Assembly (NCBI GenBank): GCA_963773605.1
Contig: CAVZBT010000001.1
Coordinates: forward strand, 130,173 to 194,172
Length of the DNA: 64,000 bases
Direction of reading: 5' to 3'
Source: an uncultured Acidobacteriota bacterium
GTDB lineage: Bacteria; Acidobacteriota; UBA6911
Shown here: positions 16,290-26,279 of the stretch, in pieces
How the letters are laid out: each line of letters starts with the position of its first letter
Position numbering within the stretch: the stretch's first letter is position 1
Program-made: the position numbers and the translations under genes
The notes under the pieces: model-generated
Seen by the model: only the letters and a program-made list of their open reading frames with translations
Databases searched by the model: none
Told to the model about the DNA's origin: nothing

Positions 16290-19200
16290 ATGGCAAGAGT
16301 GTTTCAAAGGAAATTAGCATTTGCGCTTTTCTGCCTCGGTTGCTTCGGAGTCATCGTGGCCTGCGTCCAGCCTGAGCTGGCGCGCGCCCAGGTGCTGTAC
16401 GGCACCATGGTCGGCAACATTACCGACCCGTCCAAGGCGGTAATTCCCGGAGCGGCGATCAGCGCCCAGAACAGAAACACCAACCAGACTCACGAAACGG
16501 TCTCGAATGCCTCGGGATCGTACACGTTCACGAACCTGCAGCCCGGGGTCTACACCCTCAAGGTGGCTCTCCAGGGGTTCAAGGAGTACGTCCAGGAGAA
16601 CATCGCGGTCACGGTCAACAACATCACCCGCGTCGATGTGAGCCTCGAAGTCGGCTCCCGCAGCGAGATGGTGACCGTGTCCGCGGAAGCCACGCAGCTG
16701 CAGACCGACAAGGCGGACGTACACAAGGAGCTGTCCACCAAGGAGGTCACCAACCTCCCGCTCGGCACCTATAGGAACTATCAGAGCCTGATCGACCTCG
16801 TCCCGGGCTCCACGCCGTCCGCTTTCCAGAACGCCAGCGTCGACACGCCGGCCCGTTCCTTGACCACCAACATCAACGGTGTCGCCCGCTTCAACAACAA
16901 CACGCGGCTGGACGGCGCCCTGAACATCATGCCGTGGCTGCCGCACCACTCGGCCTATGTCGCCCCCCAGGAGTCGATCCAGACGGTCAACATCTCGACC
17001 AACAGCTTCGACGCCGAACAGGGGCTGGCCGGCGGCGCGGCCATCACGGTGCAGACCAAGTCGGGAACCAACGATTTCCACGGCGTCGGGTTCATCTATC
17101 ACAGAAACAACGTGTTTGACGCCAAGAACTTTTTCACGCCGCAGACCAGCGAGGCGCCGAAATACCTGCTCACCATGCTGGGCGGCAACTTCGGCGGCCC
17201 GGTCATCAAGGACAAGCTCTTCTTCTTTGCCAACTACGACGGCATGAGGGACCGCCAGAACTACTCGGCCTACTACACCGTCGCCACCGACGCAATGAGG
17301 AAGGGGGACTTCAGCGCGACCGGGACTAAGATCTTTGATCCATCGACCGGAGATGCCGCGGGCAAGGGTCGGACGCAGTTGGCCAACAACGTGATCCCGG
17401 ACAGCAGAATCGACGCCGTGGCGCGGCAGATGCTCGCCCTGCAGCCGCTGCCGAACGTTCAAAATGCGACCTTTACTCAGAATTTCTACACTTCGGCGCC
17501 ACGCATTTTCAACCGTGACATGTACGATTTCAAGGTGGACTGGGTGCGCAGCCCGAAAAACACCATCTGGATGAAGTACAGCCTCATGAACTCGCTCGTG
17601 CAGTCCGAATACGCCTTCGGGGACGCGGGCGGGAGCGCGCTTTCTCCGGACGGCGGTGCGGGCAAGGGCACCGTGCGCGTCCACGTAGGGACGATCGGCG
17701 GCTACTATGCGATCACCCCCAGGTTCCTTATCGACGGGACCATCGGTATGACGCGCTACGTGAATGCCGTGCGGCAGCCCGATTTCGGAATCAACTTCGG
17801 GCTGGATGTCCTGCACATCCCCGGCACCAATGGTCCGGATCCCCGCCAGAGCGGCAAGCCGATGTTTTCCATCAGCGGCTATTCGACTCTCGGGATGACC
17901 GATACCTGGGTTCCGGTGGACCGCCACGACTACACTTACACCTATACGGCCAACGCGAGCTGGAGCAAGGGAAAGCACGACATCCGCTTCGGCCCGGACG
18001 TCAGCCGGTTCGGCATGAACCACTGGCAGCCGGAGTCGGGCAACGGCCCCCGCGGCACGTTCACTTACAGCGGCGGCGCCACGGCCTTGAACGGGGGCGC
18101 TTCGCCGAACCGCTTCAACAGCATGGCGGATTTCCTGCTGGGGACACCGCAGCAGATCCAGAAATCGCTGCAGTTCTACGATCCCATGTCCACGCGCGAA
18201 TGGCAGATTGCCCTGTATCTGCGCGATCGGTGGCAGGTCACCAGCAACCTGACCCTCAGCCTGGGGATCCGCTGGGAGTACTACCCGATCATGGACCGCG
18301 GCTTTCACGGGATCGAGCGGTATGACCCCGACACGAACAAGATGTACATCGGCGGCTACGGCGGCGTCGACTGGAACGCGGACACGACCGCGAGCAAGAG
18401 GCTCTTTGCGCCCCGGTTCGGGTTGGCGTACCGTCTGGGCAAGCACGGCGTCATCCGCTCCGGGTACGGGATCACGTTCGATCCCTACAACCTGGGGCGC
18501 CCCATGCGATCGCCTTACCCTGCCGTGATCCAGTTCTCCGCCCAGGGGGCCAACAGTTTCACTCCCAACTCACGCACCCTCGACGGTATCCCGGTCATCC
18601 CCACACCGGATATCACCCAGGGTGTGCTCAATATCCCCGGCAACATCAGCACCAACACCCTGCCCAAAGGGTTGTTCCACAGAGGCTATGTCCAATCGTG
18701 GAACCTCACCTATGAACGGCCGTTGCCGTTCAACCTGGTCGGTAACATCGGGTATGTCGGGACGAAGAGCATCAACATCGTCAGCGGCGCGAGCTGGCCG
18801 ATCAACAATTCGCCCCTCGGAACGGGAAACGCCGGTCGTCCGCTGTTCAAGAAATTCGGCCGCTCGGTCGGGACCAACATCCTGCAGCCCTGGACGGGAG
18901 CCAACTACCATTCGCTCCAGACCAGCCTCGAGCGCCGGTTCGCCGCGGGCGTGATGGTGAAATCCGTCTACACGTGGGCTCATTCCATCGACAACAACAG
19001 CACCTACATCGGCATCCCGGAACTGTTCGATCGCAATCGCTCCGCGAGCGACTTCGACCGCAGGCACAACTTCCGCACGGCCTTCATCTACGAAATGCCG
19101 TGGGGGCCGGGTAGGAAGTGGGCTAAGTCCGGTCTGGCCAGCGCGCTGATCGGCGGCTGGCAGGTCAACGGCATCTTCAGCGCCGTAACCGGAACGCCAT

Positions 19201-19634
19201 TCACCGTCGGTTCCAGCAGCGCGTCCCTCAATGCGCCCGGCAGCAGCCAGTTCGCCGACCAGGTGGTAGGCGACGTGACCAAGCTCGGCAACATCGGCGT
19301 GAACGTCCCGTTCTTTGATCCGAACGCCTTCCGGCCGGTGACCCAGGTCCGTTTTGGCAATTCCGGGCGCAACAGCCTGTACGGCCCCGGGATGGTCAAC
19401 ATGGACTTCGGCATTTTCCGCGCCTTCAAGGTCACGGAGGGCAAGGAAATACAATTCCGCGCCGAGAGCTTCAACATCATGAACACGCCTCACTTCAACA
19501 ATCCTTCCGCCAGCGCCTCGGACATGACGATGAACGCGGACGGGACGATCTCAAAGGTCAACAACTTCATGAATATCAACAGTGCCCAGGCCGACCAGCG
19601 GACCTTCCGCTTCGGCCTGCGCTTCAGCTTCTAG
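16290..19634 (+). CDS. TonB-dependent receptor, paralogue 3
   Basis: ATG 16290 follows CCAGGAGG. Same architecture as paralogue 1 (about 80 % aa identity by eye). Ends RFGLRFSF. Confidence 0.9.
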   Translation: MARVFQRKLAFALFCLGCFGVIVACVQPELARAQVLYGTMVGNITDPSKAVIPGAAISAQNRNTNQTHETVSNASGSYTFTNLQPGVYTLKVALQGFKEYVQENIAVTVNNITRVDVSLEVGSRSEMVTVSAEATQLQTDKADVHKELSTKEVTNLPLGTYRNYQSLIDLVPGSTPSAFQNASVDTPARSLTTNINGVARFNNNTRLDGALNIMPWLPHHSAYVAPQESIQTVNISTNSFDAEQGLAGGAAITVQTKSGTNDFHGVGFIYHRNNVFDAKNFFTPQTSEAPKYLLTMLGGNFGGPVIKDKLFFFANYDGMRDRQNYSAYYTVATDAMRKGDFSATGTKIFDPSTGDAAGKGRTQLANNVIPDSRIDAVARQMLALQPLPNVQNATFTQNFYTSAPRIFNRDMYDFKVDWVRSPKNTIWMKYSLMNSLVQSEYAFGDAGGSALSPDGGAGKGTVRVHVGTIGGYYAITPRFLIDGTIGMTRYVNAVRQPDFGINFGLDVLHIPGTNGPDPRQSGKPMFSISGYSTLGMTDTWVPVDRHDYTYTYTANASWSKGKHDIRFGPDVSRFGMNHWQPESGNGPRGTFTYSGGATALNGGASPNRFNSMADFLLGTPQQIQKSLQFYDPMSTREWQIALYLRDRWQVTSNLTLSLGIRWEYYPIMDRGFHGIERYDPDTNKMYIGGYGGVDWNADTTASKRLFAPRFGLAYRLGKHGVIRSGYGITFDPYNLGRPMRSPYPAVIQFSAQGANSFTPNSRTLDGIPVIPTPDITQGVLNIPGNISTNTLPKGLFHRGYVQSWNLTYERPLPFNLVGNIGYVGTKSINIVSGASWPINNSPLGTGNAGRPLFKKFGRSVGTNILQPWTGANYHSLQTSLERRFAAGVMVKSVYTWAHSIDNNSTYIGIPELFDRNRSASDFDRRHNFRTAFIYEMPWGPGRKWAKSGLASALIGGWQVNGIFSAVTGTPFTVGSSSASLNAPGSSQFADQVVGDVTKLGNIGVNVPFFDPNAFRPVTQVRFGNSGRNSLYGPGMVNMDFGIFRAFKVTEGKEIQFRAESFNIMNTPHFNNPSASASDMTMNADGTISKVNNFMNINSAQADQRTFRFGLRFSF

Positions 19635-19651
19635 CTCCTCACCTGCCGTTC

Positions 19652-19682
19652 GGGCGCAGGGACCCCCGGGGGCCCTGCGCCC
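19652..19682 (+). terminator. terminator-like hairpin (weak T-tract)
   Basis: GGGCGCAGGG ... CCCTGCGCCC 10-bp stem with a GC-rich apical part, followed by TTTC. Confidence 0.5.
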
Positions 19683-19887
19683 TTTCAATCATTTCCATTT
19701 CTTCTTCTGCAGATGCCAAATGGGCCGCGGCGCCTCGACGCGGCCCGTGGATATGGCTCACCCGGTTGGGCGCCGACCCCAGCCACCTTGCTGCCTTCTT
19801 TTGCTGTTCTTGCCGGTTCTCGGCGGCGGGGCCTCACCGTACTACCCGCACGCCGTTTCCCTGCGTTTTATTGGAATTGAATAATAA

Positions 19888-19923
19888 ATTTTCTTTTACT
19901 TTATTTTCCTTCCCTGCTAGGTT
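19888..19923 (+). promoter_or_regulatory. candidate promoter: T-tracts + extended -10 (TGcTAGGTT)
   Basis: aattttcttttactttattttccttccctgctaggtt lies about 55 nt upstream of ATG 19978. Confidence 0.4.
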
Positions 19924-19977
19924 GGTGGGCAACCAAGCCAATTCATCGGCCAACTGATCCTGCCAGGAGGATTGAAA

Positions 19978-22900
19978 ATGGCAAGAATGTTTCAATGGAA
20001 GCCAGTCTTAGCGCTTCTCTGCCTCGGTTGCCTTGGAGTGATTGTGACCTGTGTCCAGCCTGAGCTGGCGCGGGCCCAGGTGCTGTACGGCACCATGGTC
20101 GGCAACGTTACCGACCCGTCCAAGGCCGTTATTCCCGGAGCGGCGATCAGCGCCCAGAACATAAACACCAACCAAACTCACGAAACGGTCTCGAATGCTT
20201 CGGGATCGTACACGTTCACGAACCTGCAGCCCGGGGTTTACACCCTCAAGGTCTCGCTGCAGGGCTTCAAGGAATTCGTGCAGTCGTCCGTCCTCGTCAC
20301 GGTCAACAACATCACCCGAATCGACGTCACCCTTGAAATTGGTGCACAGAACGAGACTGTGACCGTATCGGGAGAAGCCGCGCGCCTGCAGACGGACAAA
20401 TCGGACGTCTCCAAGGAACTGAACACGGTCGAGATCACGAATCTCCCGACCAACATGTACAGGAACTACCAGGCCCTCCTGGACCTGGTTCCTGGCTCGA
20501 CCCCTTCAGGTTTTCAGAATGCCACCGTCGATACCCCCGACAAGGCTCTGACCACCAACATCAACGGTGTCGTGCGCAGCAACAACAACACACGGCAGGA
20601 CGGGGCGCTCAGCATCATGCCCTGGCTGCCACATCATGCCGCGTATGTCGCGCCGCAGGAGTCCATTCAGACCGTCAATGTGTCGACGAACAGCTTTGAC
20701 GCCGAGCAGGGTCTGGCGGGAGGCGCCTCTATTACCGTGCAGACCAAATCTGGAACCAACGAGTTCCACGGCGTTGCGTTCGAGTACCACAGAAACAGCG
20801 CCCTGGCGGCCAAGAACTTCTTCACACCGGCAGGCAGCGGTGTGCCGAAGAGCCTCATCAACATGTTCGGCGGTAACCTGGGCGGCCCGGTTATCAAGGA
20901 CAAACTCTTCTTTTTCGCCAACTACGAAGGTCTGCGGCAGCGCGATAACGCAGCCGCTTATGCCACCGTGGCGACCGAGGCGATGAGGAGGGGCGACTTC
21001 AGCGCAACGGGCACGACCATCTACGATCCGCTCACGGGGGACAGCGCGGGCAAAGGGCGCACTGCCTTTGCCGGCGGCATCATCCCGGCCAACCGGCTCG
21101 ACCCCACCGCGATGAAGATGCTTTCGCTGGTTCCTCTGCCCAACGTTCCCGCAGCGCAGTGGATCAACAACTACTACGGCTCCGCTCCCTGGGTGTTCAA
21201 TCGGGACCTGTACGACTTCAAGGGCGATTGGGTGCGAACGGCCAAAAATACGATCTGGATGAAGGCAAGTATCATGAGGTCGTATACCGACGGACAGTAT
21301 CTCCTGAAGGAGGCCGGCGGCCCCGGGTTGCCTTCTTCGAACGGTGTCGGAACGGGCACCGTGCACACCCTCATCGGGACGCTGGGCGGCTATTACGCGA
21401 TCACACCGAAGCTCCTCGTCGATGGCAATATCGGAGCGATGCGGTATGTGAACCACGTCCGCCAGCCCGACTATGGCGTCAATTTCGGCCTGGACGTTCT
21501 TAAACTGCCCGGCACCAACGGTCCGGATATACGCCAGAGCGGCATGCCGCAATTCATCATCGGCAGCAGCTACACTACACTCGGCCTCACCAGCACCTGG
21601 ATCCCGGTCGACCGTTGGGATTACACCTACACCTTTACCGGCAACGTCAGCTGGAACAAGGGAAAGCACGACATCCGGTTCGGACCCGACGTCAACAGGT
21701 TCGGCATGAACCACTGGCAGCCGGAATCGAACAACGGACCCAGGGGCACCTTCAACTTCTCGGGCGACACGACCGCCCTCAACGGCGGCCCTTCTCCGAA
21801 TCGTTTCAACAACATGGCTGCATTCGTTCTCGGCCAGACGAACTCGGTTAACAAGTCGCTGCAGTTCTACGATCCCATGTCTACGCGCGAGTGGCAGATC
21901 GCGATGTACTTCCGCGACCGGTGGCAGGTCACCAACAACCTTACCCTCAACCTCGGCCTCCGCTGGGAGTACTACCCGATCATGGACCGTGGATTCCACG
22001 GCATCGAGCGCTATGATCCGGATACCAACAAGGTCTATATCGGAGGCTACGGCGGCGTCGACTGGAACGCCGGCACGACGGCCAGCAAGAAGCTCTTCGC
22101 GCCTCGCTTCGGCATCGCATACCGCCTCGGCAAGCAGGGCGTCATCCGCGCAGGTTACGGGATTACCTTCGATCCATACAACCTGGGCCGCCCAATGCGC
22201 TCCCCGTATCCTGCTGTGCCGCAGCTGACGGTCGAAGGCCCCAGGAGCTTTATCCCCTATGGGCCAGTCACCAACGGCATTCCGCCCATGCCCGTGCCCG
22301 ACATCACACAGGGTGTGATCGATATCCTGGGAACGTACAGCGCAACTACGCTGCCCAAGGGTGCATTCCATCGCGGCTACATCCAGTCGTGGAACCTGAC
22401 CTACGAGCGCCCGCTTCCCTGGAATCTGATCTGGAACGTCGGCTATGTTGCCACGCGGAGCGTCAATATCGTCCAGCGAGGCGGTGTCGCCATCAACAAC
22501 TCTCCGCCGGGAACCGGAAATGCGGGACGCCCACTGTACATCAAATGGGGACGCACGGCGTCTACCACGATCTACCAGCCTTGGCAGGATTCCTTCTACA
22601 ACTCCCTCCAGACGTCCCTCGATCGCAGGTTCAGCCAGGGTCTGATGGCGAAAGTGGCTTACACCTGGTCGCATTGCGTAGGTTCCAATACCTCGCCGTT
22701 CTGGCTTCCCGAGCTCTACGGCCTCAACCGTGGGCCGTGCCGCGACGACAACAGCACTTACGACCGAAGGCACAACTTTCGGACTGCCTTCATCTACGAT
22801 TTGCCGTGGGGGCCCGGCCAGCGGTGGGCCAAGGGTGGTGTGCTTGGAGCGATCGCCGGCGGCTGGCAGGTCAACGGGATCTTCACCGCCGTCACCGGCC

Positions 22901-23346
22901 AGGCCTTTGGCGTCGGCTCCAGCTCTTCGCTGCTGAATGCCGCAGGTGCAAGCCAGACACCCAATCTGGTGAAGCCTAATGTCGAAAAGCTCGGCGGCAT
23001 CGGTGCTGGCGTTCCGTTCTACGATCCGACTGCCTTCAAGCCGGTAACCACGCCCCTGGTATATGGCAACTGGGGATCCAGCACGCTGACCGGCCCCGGG
23101 ATGGTCAGCATGGATTTCGGGATTTTCCGCTCGTTCAGGATCTCCGAAACCAAGGACCTGCAGTTCCGGGCCGAAGGGTACAACATCACGAACACGCCGC
23201 ATTTCAACAACCCTTCGGACACCACTGCCTCGAACATGTCTTTCAACGCCGACGGCTCGATCAAGGCCGTCAACAACTTCATGAATATCACGAGCGCAAG
23301 GGACGACCAGCGGACGTTCCGCTTCGGCCTGCGCTTCGGCTTCTAG
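19978..23346 (+). CDS. TonB-dependent receptor, paralogue 4 (most divergent)
   Basis: ATG 19978 follows CCAGGAGG (the ORF track starts at TTG 19972). Same domain order. About 60-65 % aa identity to paralogues 1-3 by eye. Ends RFGLRFGF. Confidence 0.9.
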   Translation: MARMFQWKPVLALLCLGCLGVIVTCVQPELARAQVLYGTMVGNVTDPSKAVIPGAAISAQNINTNQTHETVSNASGSYTFTNLQPGVYTLKVSLQGFKEFVQSSVLVTVNNITRIDVTLEIGAQNETVTVSGEAARLQTDKSDVSKELNTVEITNLPTNMYRNYQALLDLVPGSTPSGFQNATVDTPDKALTTNINGVVRSNNNTRQDGALSIMPWLPHHAAYVAPQESIQTVNVSTNSFDAEQGLAGGASITVQTKSGTNEFHGVAFEYHRNSALAAKNFFTPAGSGVPKSLINMFGGNLGGPVIKDKLFFFANYEGLRQRDNAAAYATVATEAMRRGDFSATGTTIYDPLTGDSAGKGRTAFAGGIIPANRLDPTAMKMLSLVPLPNVPAAQWINNYYGSAPWVFNRDLYDFKGDWVRTAKNTIWMKASIMRSYTDGQYLLKEAGGPGLPSSNGVGTGTVHTLIGTLGGYYAITPKLLVDGNIGAMRYVNHVRQPDYGVNFGLDVLKLPGTNGPDIRQSGMPQFIIGSSYTTLGLTSTWIPVDRWDYTYTFTGNVSWNKGKHDIRFGPDVNRFGMNHWQPESNNGPRGTFNFSGDTTALNGGPSPNRFNNMAAFVLGQTNSVNKSLQFYDPMSTREWQIAMYFRDRWQVTNNLTLNLGLRWEYYPIMDRGFHGIERYDPDTNKVYIGGYGGVDWNAGTTASKKLFAPRFGIAYRLGKQGVIRAGYGITFDPYNLGRPMRSPYPAVPQLTVEGPRSFIPYGPVTNGIPPMPVPDITQGVIDILGTYSATTLPKGAFHRGYIQSWNLTYERPLPWNLIWNVGYVATRSVNIVQRGGVAINNSPPGTGNAGRPLYIKWGRTASTTIYQPWQDSFYNSLQTSLDRRFSQGLMAKVAYTWSHCVGSNTSPFWLPELYGLNRGPCRDDNSTYDRRHNFRTAFIYDLPWGPGQRWAKGGVLGAIAGGWQVNGIFTAVTGQAFGVGSSSSLLNAAGASQTPNLVKPNVEKLGGIGAGVPFYDPTAFKPVTTPLVYGNWGSSTLTGPGMVSMDFGIFRSFRISETKDLQFRAEGYNITNTPHFNNPSDTTASNMSFNADGSIKAVNNFMNITSARDDQRTFRFGLRFGF

Positions 23347-23363
23347 TTCCTCTCCGGCCGTGC

Positions 23364-23393
23364 GGGCGCAGGGACCTCCGGGTCCCTGCGCCC
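23364..23393 (+). terminator. terminator-like hairpin (no clear T-tract)
   Basis: 13-bp stem GGGCGCAGGGACC / GGTCCCTGCGCCC, loop TCCG. Confidence 0.5.
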
Positions 23394-23506
23394 CTGTCGT
23401 TTCTCCATTCCCTTCAGTCGCAGTTTTACGTTATGGGTGGTCCTGAAAGGCCACTGCCGCTGCATGCCACGGAGGGCACGGCGCGGCTCGCGGCCACAGC
23501 CCCATG

Positions 23507-23650
23507 TGGAGTGCGGCGGCTCGACGCCGCCCTCCGACCGTGTCAGCCGCCGCACTCCAGGTTGTGCTGTGTCACTATGCCGCGATTCCGGGGGTGAAGG
23601 GCGGCGCCGAGGCGCCGCCCGGGAAAGCGGCGTCGAGCCGCCGCACTCCA
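23507..23650. repeat. composite GC-rich palindromic repeat, second full-length copy
   Basis: TGGAGTGCGGCGGCTCGACGCCGC (23507-23530); internal partial core AGCCGCCGCACTCCA (23545-23559); hairpin GGCGGCGCC-GA-GGCGCCGCC (23600-23619); GCGGCGTCGAGCCGCCGCACTCCA (23627-23650). It lies in a convergent intergenic gap. Confidence 0.85.
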
Positions 23651-23698
23651 AATTGCGCTGGTCCACCACGGGTGTCCGGCCCCACGTGGGAATGATGA

Positions 23699-24541
23699 CT
23701 AGAACGAGAGCGATTCCTGCAGGCGGCGGAACTGCTCGTAAATCTTGCCGTCGTCGGCCTTCCTCATCGCCCGCGCCTTGAGCCGGGAGCAATCCTCCGG
23801 GTCCATGGTCGGCCCGGTGTATTTCACGTTTCCTTTGCCCATCTGGCTCGTGTGCTGGCAAGTCGCTTCACCCTTCAGCTCGGCGACTTCAGTGATGTCC
23901 ACCTTGTAGTTCGGCTCGTTGCTGCTGTAGAAGAACCAGTCGGTCACGGTGAACGGCTGCAGCCCCTCGTTGATCCGGTGATGCGGGAAATAGAGGTGGT
24001 ACGCGGCGGCGCGGGCGCCGTCGGCCGTCAGCAGCGCGGAGGCGCGGTGGTCGGTCTTGTACCACTTCACCCACTTGTCGCCCGGGTCCATGCTGAACAG
24101 TGCGTCGGGCCGGTACTTGCGGATGAACCAGCACGCCTTCTCCACGATCTCCTTCGGCGGCACGTATTCCAGCATGCCGTCGTCGTAGCCGAGCAGGAAG
24201 ATGTTCTCGGGCGGGATCCCGATGACCTTGTTGGCCGCGAGGTCCTCCTGCCTGCGGATCTGGGCCATCCGCTCGGCCGTCATATCCGGGTCCCTGGACC
24301 CCTTGTTGCCGCTGGTGTACAGGACGATATACACGGTGTTCCCGTTCTTCCTCAGGAGCGCCATGGTTCCCGCCGCCGACAGGTCGTCGTCCTCGTGCGG
24401 GCCGAAGAACATCACGGTCTTGCCTTTCCAGGTCTTGATGTCCTCGGGGTTGTTCCCCTGCCGCCTGGACTGTCCCCACAGGAGCATGGGCAGGCAGATC
24501 AGGAGCGACGCAATCACGATCAGTGTCCGCTTGTTTATCAT
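23699..24541 (-). CDS. PIG-L (LmbE-like) family deacetylase, secreted
   Basis: 280-aa ORF with GAGGAG before the ATG and an N-terminal signal peptide. The motif FFGPHEDDDLSAAG corresponds to the PIG-L AHPDDE metal-binding motif. Confidence 0.8.
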   Translation of the reverse strand: MINKRTLIVIASLLICLPMLLWGQSRRQGNNPEDIKTWKGKTVMFFGPHEDDDLSAAGTMALLRKNGNTVYIVLYTSGNKGSRDPDMTAERMAQIRRQEDLAANKVIGIPPENIFLLGYDDGMLEYVPPKEIVEKACWFIRKYRPDALFSMDPGDKWVKWYKTDHRASALLTADGARAAAYHLYFPHHRINEGLQPFTVTDWFFYSSNEPNYKVDITEVAELKGEATCQHTSQMGKGNVKYTGPTMDPEDCSRLKARAMRKADDGKIYEQFRRLQESLSF

Positions 24542-24626
24542 TCGGGTCTCCTCGACACAGGGTGGTGGTGCAGGAACGACTCGAGAGACGGAGGGCGGGG
24601 AGGCCCCCCGCGCCCCAGTCGCTGTC

Positions 24627-25814
24627 CTAGAACTGAACCCCGGCGCCGGGGATCAGTTTCATGGCATTCTTGTAGTAGACCTTCTGCAGCACTTCCGGCG
24701 GCAGGTTCAACGCCGTGACCATCCAGCGCCCCTGGAAGTGATGGCTCTTGGAGACGTCGAAGTACTCGTCGCGGGTCTCCAGGAACTGCCAGTACACCCT
24801 GTAGGCCTCGGCTTTGGGGGTCGTGTCCGTGCCGAACATGACCTTGTCCTGGAACTTGATGATCAGGTCACGGGCCGTGTACGGCTGACGCCCGAGCTCG
24901 CTGATGCGCGCGTCGACGTCGACATAGAAATTAGGATATTTCGCCAGCTGTTCCCCGACCCACTTCAGGTTCTCGGCGTTGCACCCCATGTGCGCCACGA
25001 TGAAATTGGTCTTGGGGTGCTTCGCGACGACGTTCATCAGCTGCGACAGGATTCTGTCGAGCGGGGGGAATCCCGGGTAAAAGAGCCAGTTCGGGTGGTC
25101 CTGCAGCTCCTCGTAGCGCTCGTTGTTTTTGTCGAGCGGCGTGAAAAACGCCGCGGGGTCCCCAACGTGGATCTCGACGGGGATCCTGAGCTCCGCGCAC
25201 TTGGCCCAGATCGGGTCCGCGCGCGGGTCGTCGACCGGGATGAACTTGCCGGAACCGTCCTTGGCCAGACCGATGTTGCTCTTGGCGACCTTGAGACCGT
25301 GCGCGCCGGCCTTCACGTCGGCCGCGAGCTGGGCGGCCGCATTCTTGCCGAAATCGGCCTCGTCGATCTTCTTCCAGTCGACCCTGGCATAGGTGAGGAA
25401 CCGGTTGGGAAACCGCTTCTCATACATCTCGATCGTTTTCTTAAGGTCGTCGCCCCATCCGCCATCCAGGTTGACGACCTGGGCGACGCCGGCCGCATCC
25501 ATCTCCTTGACCAACTCGGCCGGATCCGCCTCGCGGGGCGAATTGACATTCCCGAGGTGATTGTGCACGTCTATGGCCGGGTACTTTGCCTTTTGCAGCG
25601 GGTGGTACTCCGCGACCATCATCGATTGGGGATGGTACTCCTGCAGGATCAGGTCGGGAGCCTTTCCCGGCTTATCGCTCTTGGGCGGCGCGGGGGGCTG
25701 TTGCTCAGACGTGGCCGGGGGCGGGGCGGAGCACGATGCGGTGATCAGGCCAACCACCAGCAGGAGCGCCGGCAGAATCAGCGCACCGGTCACCTTACGA
25801 AATTTTACGGTCAT
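24627..25814 (-). CDS. amidohydrolase-family (metal-dependent hydrolase) lipoprotein
   Basis: 395-aa ORF with GGAAGGAGG before the ATG. Lipobox LITASC. The motif AIDVHNHLG and the later ...VAHMG..., ...FGTD... fit an amidohydrolase-2-like TIM barrel. Confidence 0.75.
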   Translation of the reverse strand: MTVKFRKVTGALILPALLLVVGLITASCSAPPPATSEQQPPAPPKSDKPGKAPDLILQEYHPQSMMVAEYHPLQKAKYPAIDVHNHLGNVNSPREADPAELVKEMDAAGVAQVVNLDGGWGDDLKKTIEMYEKRFPNRFLTYARVDWKKIDEADFGKNAAAQLAADVKAGAHGLKVAKSNIGLAKDGSGKFIPVDDPRADPIWAKCAELRIPVEIHVGDPAAFFTPLDKNNERYEELQDHPNWLFYPGFPPLDRILSQLMNVVAKHPKTNFIVAHMGCNAENLKWVGEQLAKYPNFYVDVDARISELGRQPYTARDLIIKFQDKVMFGTDTTPKAEAYRVYWQFLETRDEYFDVSKSHHFQGRWMVTALNLPPEVLQKVYYKNAMKLIPGAGVQF

Positions 25815-25946
25815 ATCCGATTGGCCTCCTTCCGAGGACAGGATTATGGGGCAACAGGGTCGACGCGGCGTTCGAAGCGCCGCCCCCCGTACGGGTCTGG
25901 TTGCCTTATTTATTCCCCTCTTGTATCACAATGCCGGGAAAAAGCG

Positions 25947-25989
25947 CAATTAGAAGTAAATGGAAAGGAAAGAGAGAATACAAAGAAAT
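25947..25989 (-). promoter_or_regulatory. candidate promoter (T-tracts + CTAATTG)
   Basis: Minus strand reads atttctttgtattctctctttcctttccatttacttctaattg, upstream of the amidohydrolase/PIG-L operon. It resembles the T-tract architecture but lacks the TG of the extended -10. Confidence 0.3.
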
Positions 25990-26169
25990 GATATGAAGCG
26001 GACACAAGACCTCTGCGGGCACGCTTTGGAGTCGGTGCCTCGGCCTGATTTCACGCGCATCTTCATGCGAGCCATGGTGCCGCTGCGTGGGGCTTTTTGC
26101 GCAGTCCGCCCCTGGACTCACGCGCTGGCGCCCTTTAGGCTGAACCAGCCTCGGTAGCGCGAGTCCAAG

Positions 26170-26219
26170 GGCGGCGCCCAGGCGCCGCGACCAAAGCGGC
26201 GTCGAGCCGCCGCATTCCA
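26170..26219 (+). repeat. GC-rich palindromic repeat unit (hairpin + core)
   Basis: GGCGGCGCC-CA-GGCGCCGC, then gaccaaa, then GCGGCGTCGAGCCGCCGCAtTCCA (one mismatch). It lies in a divergent intergenic region. Confidence 0.8.
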
Positions 26220-26250
26220 CGCCTCCCTGGTTCCCGCACGGCAGAAGCGC

Positions 26251-26259
26251 TGGTACAAT
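26251..26259 (+). promoter_or_regulatory. candidate extended -10 promoter element TGgTACAAT
   Basis: TGGTACAAT ends 20 nt upstream of ATG 26280. GGGAGG lies between them as a Shine-Dalgarno sequence. Confidence 0.35.
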
Positions 26260-26279
26260 AGCGCATCCTGGGAGGCAGC

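Noticed and set aside
8964-23346. Interpreting the four receptors as SusC-type genes of classical Bacteroidetes-style PULs.
   Set aside because: No SusD-like lipoprotein gene follows any of them, and each is followed directly by a terminator hairpin.
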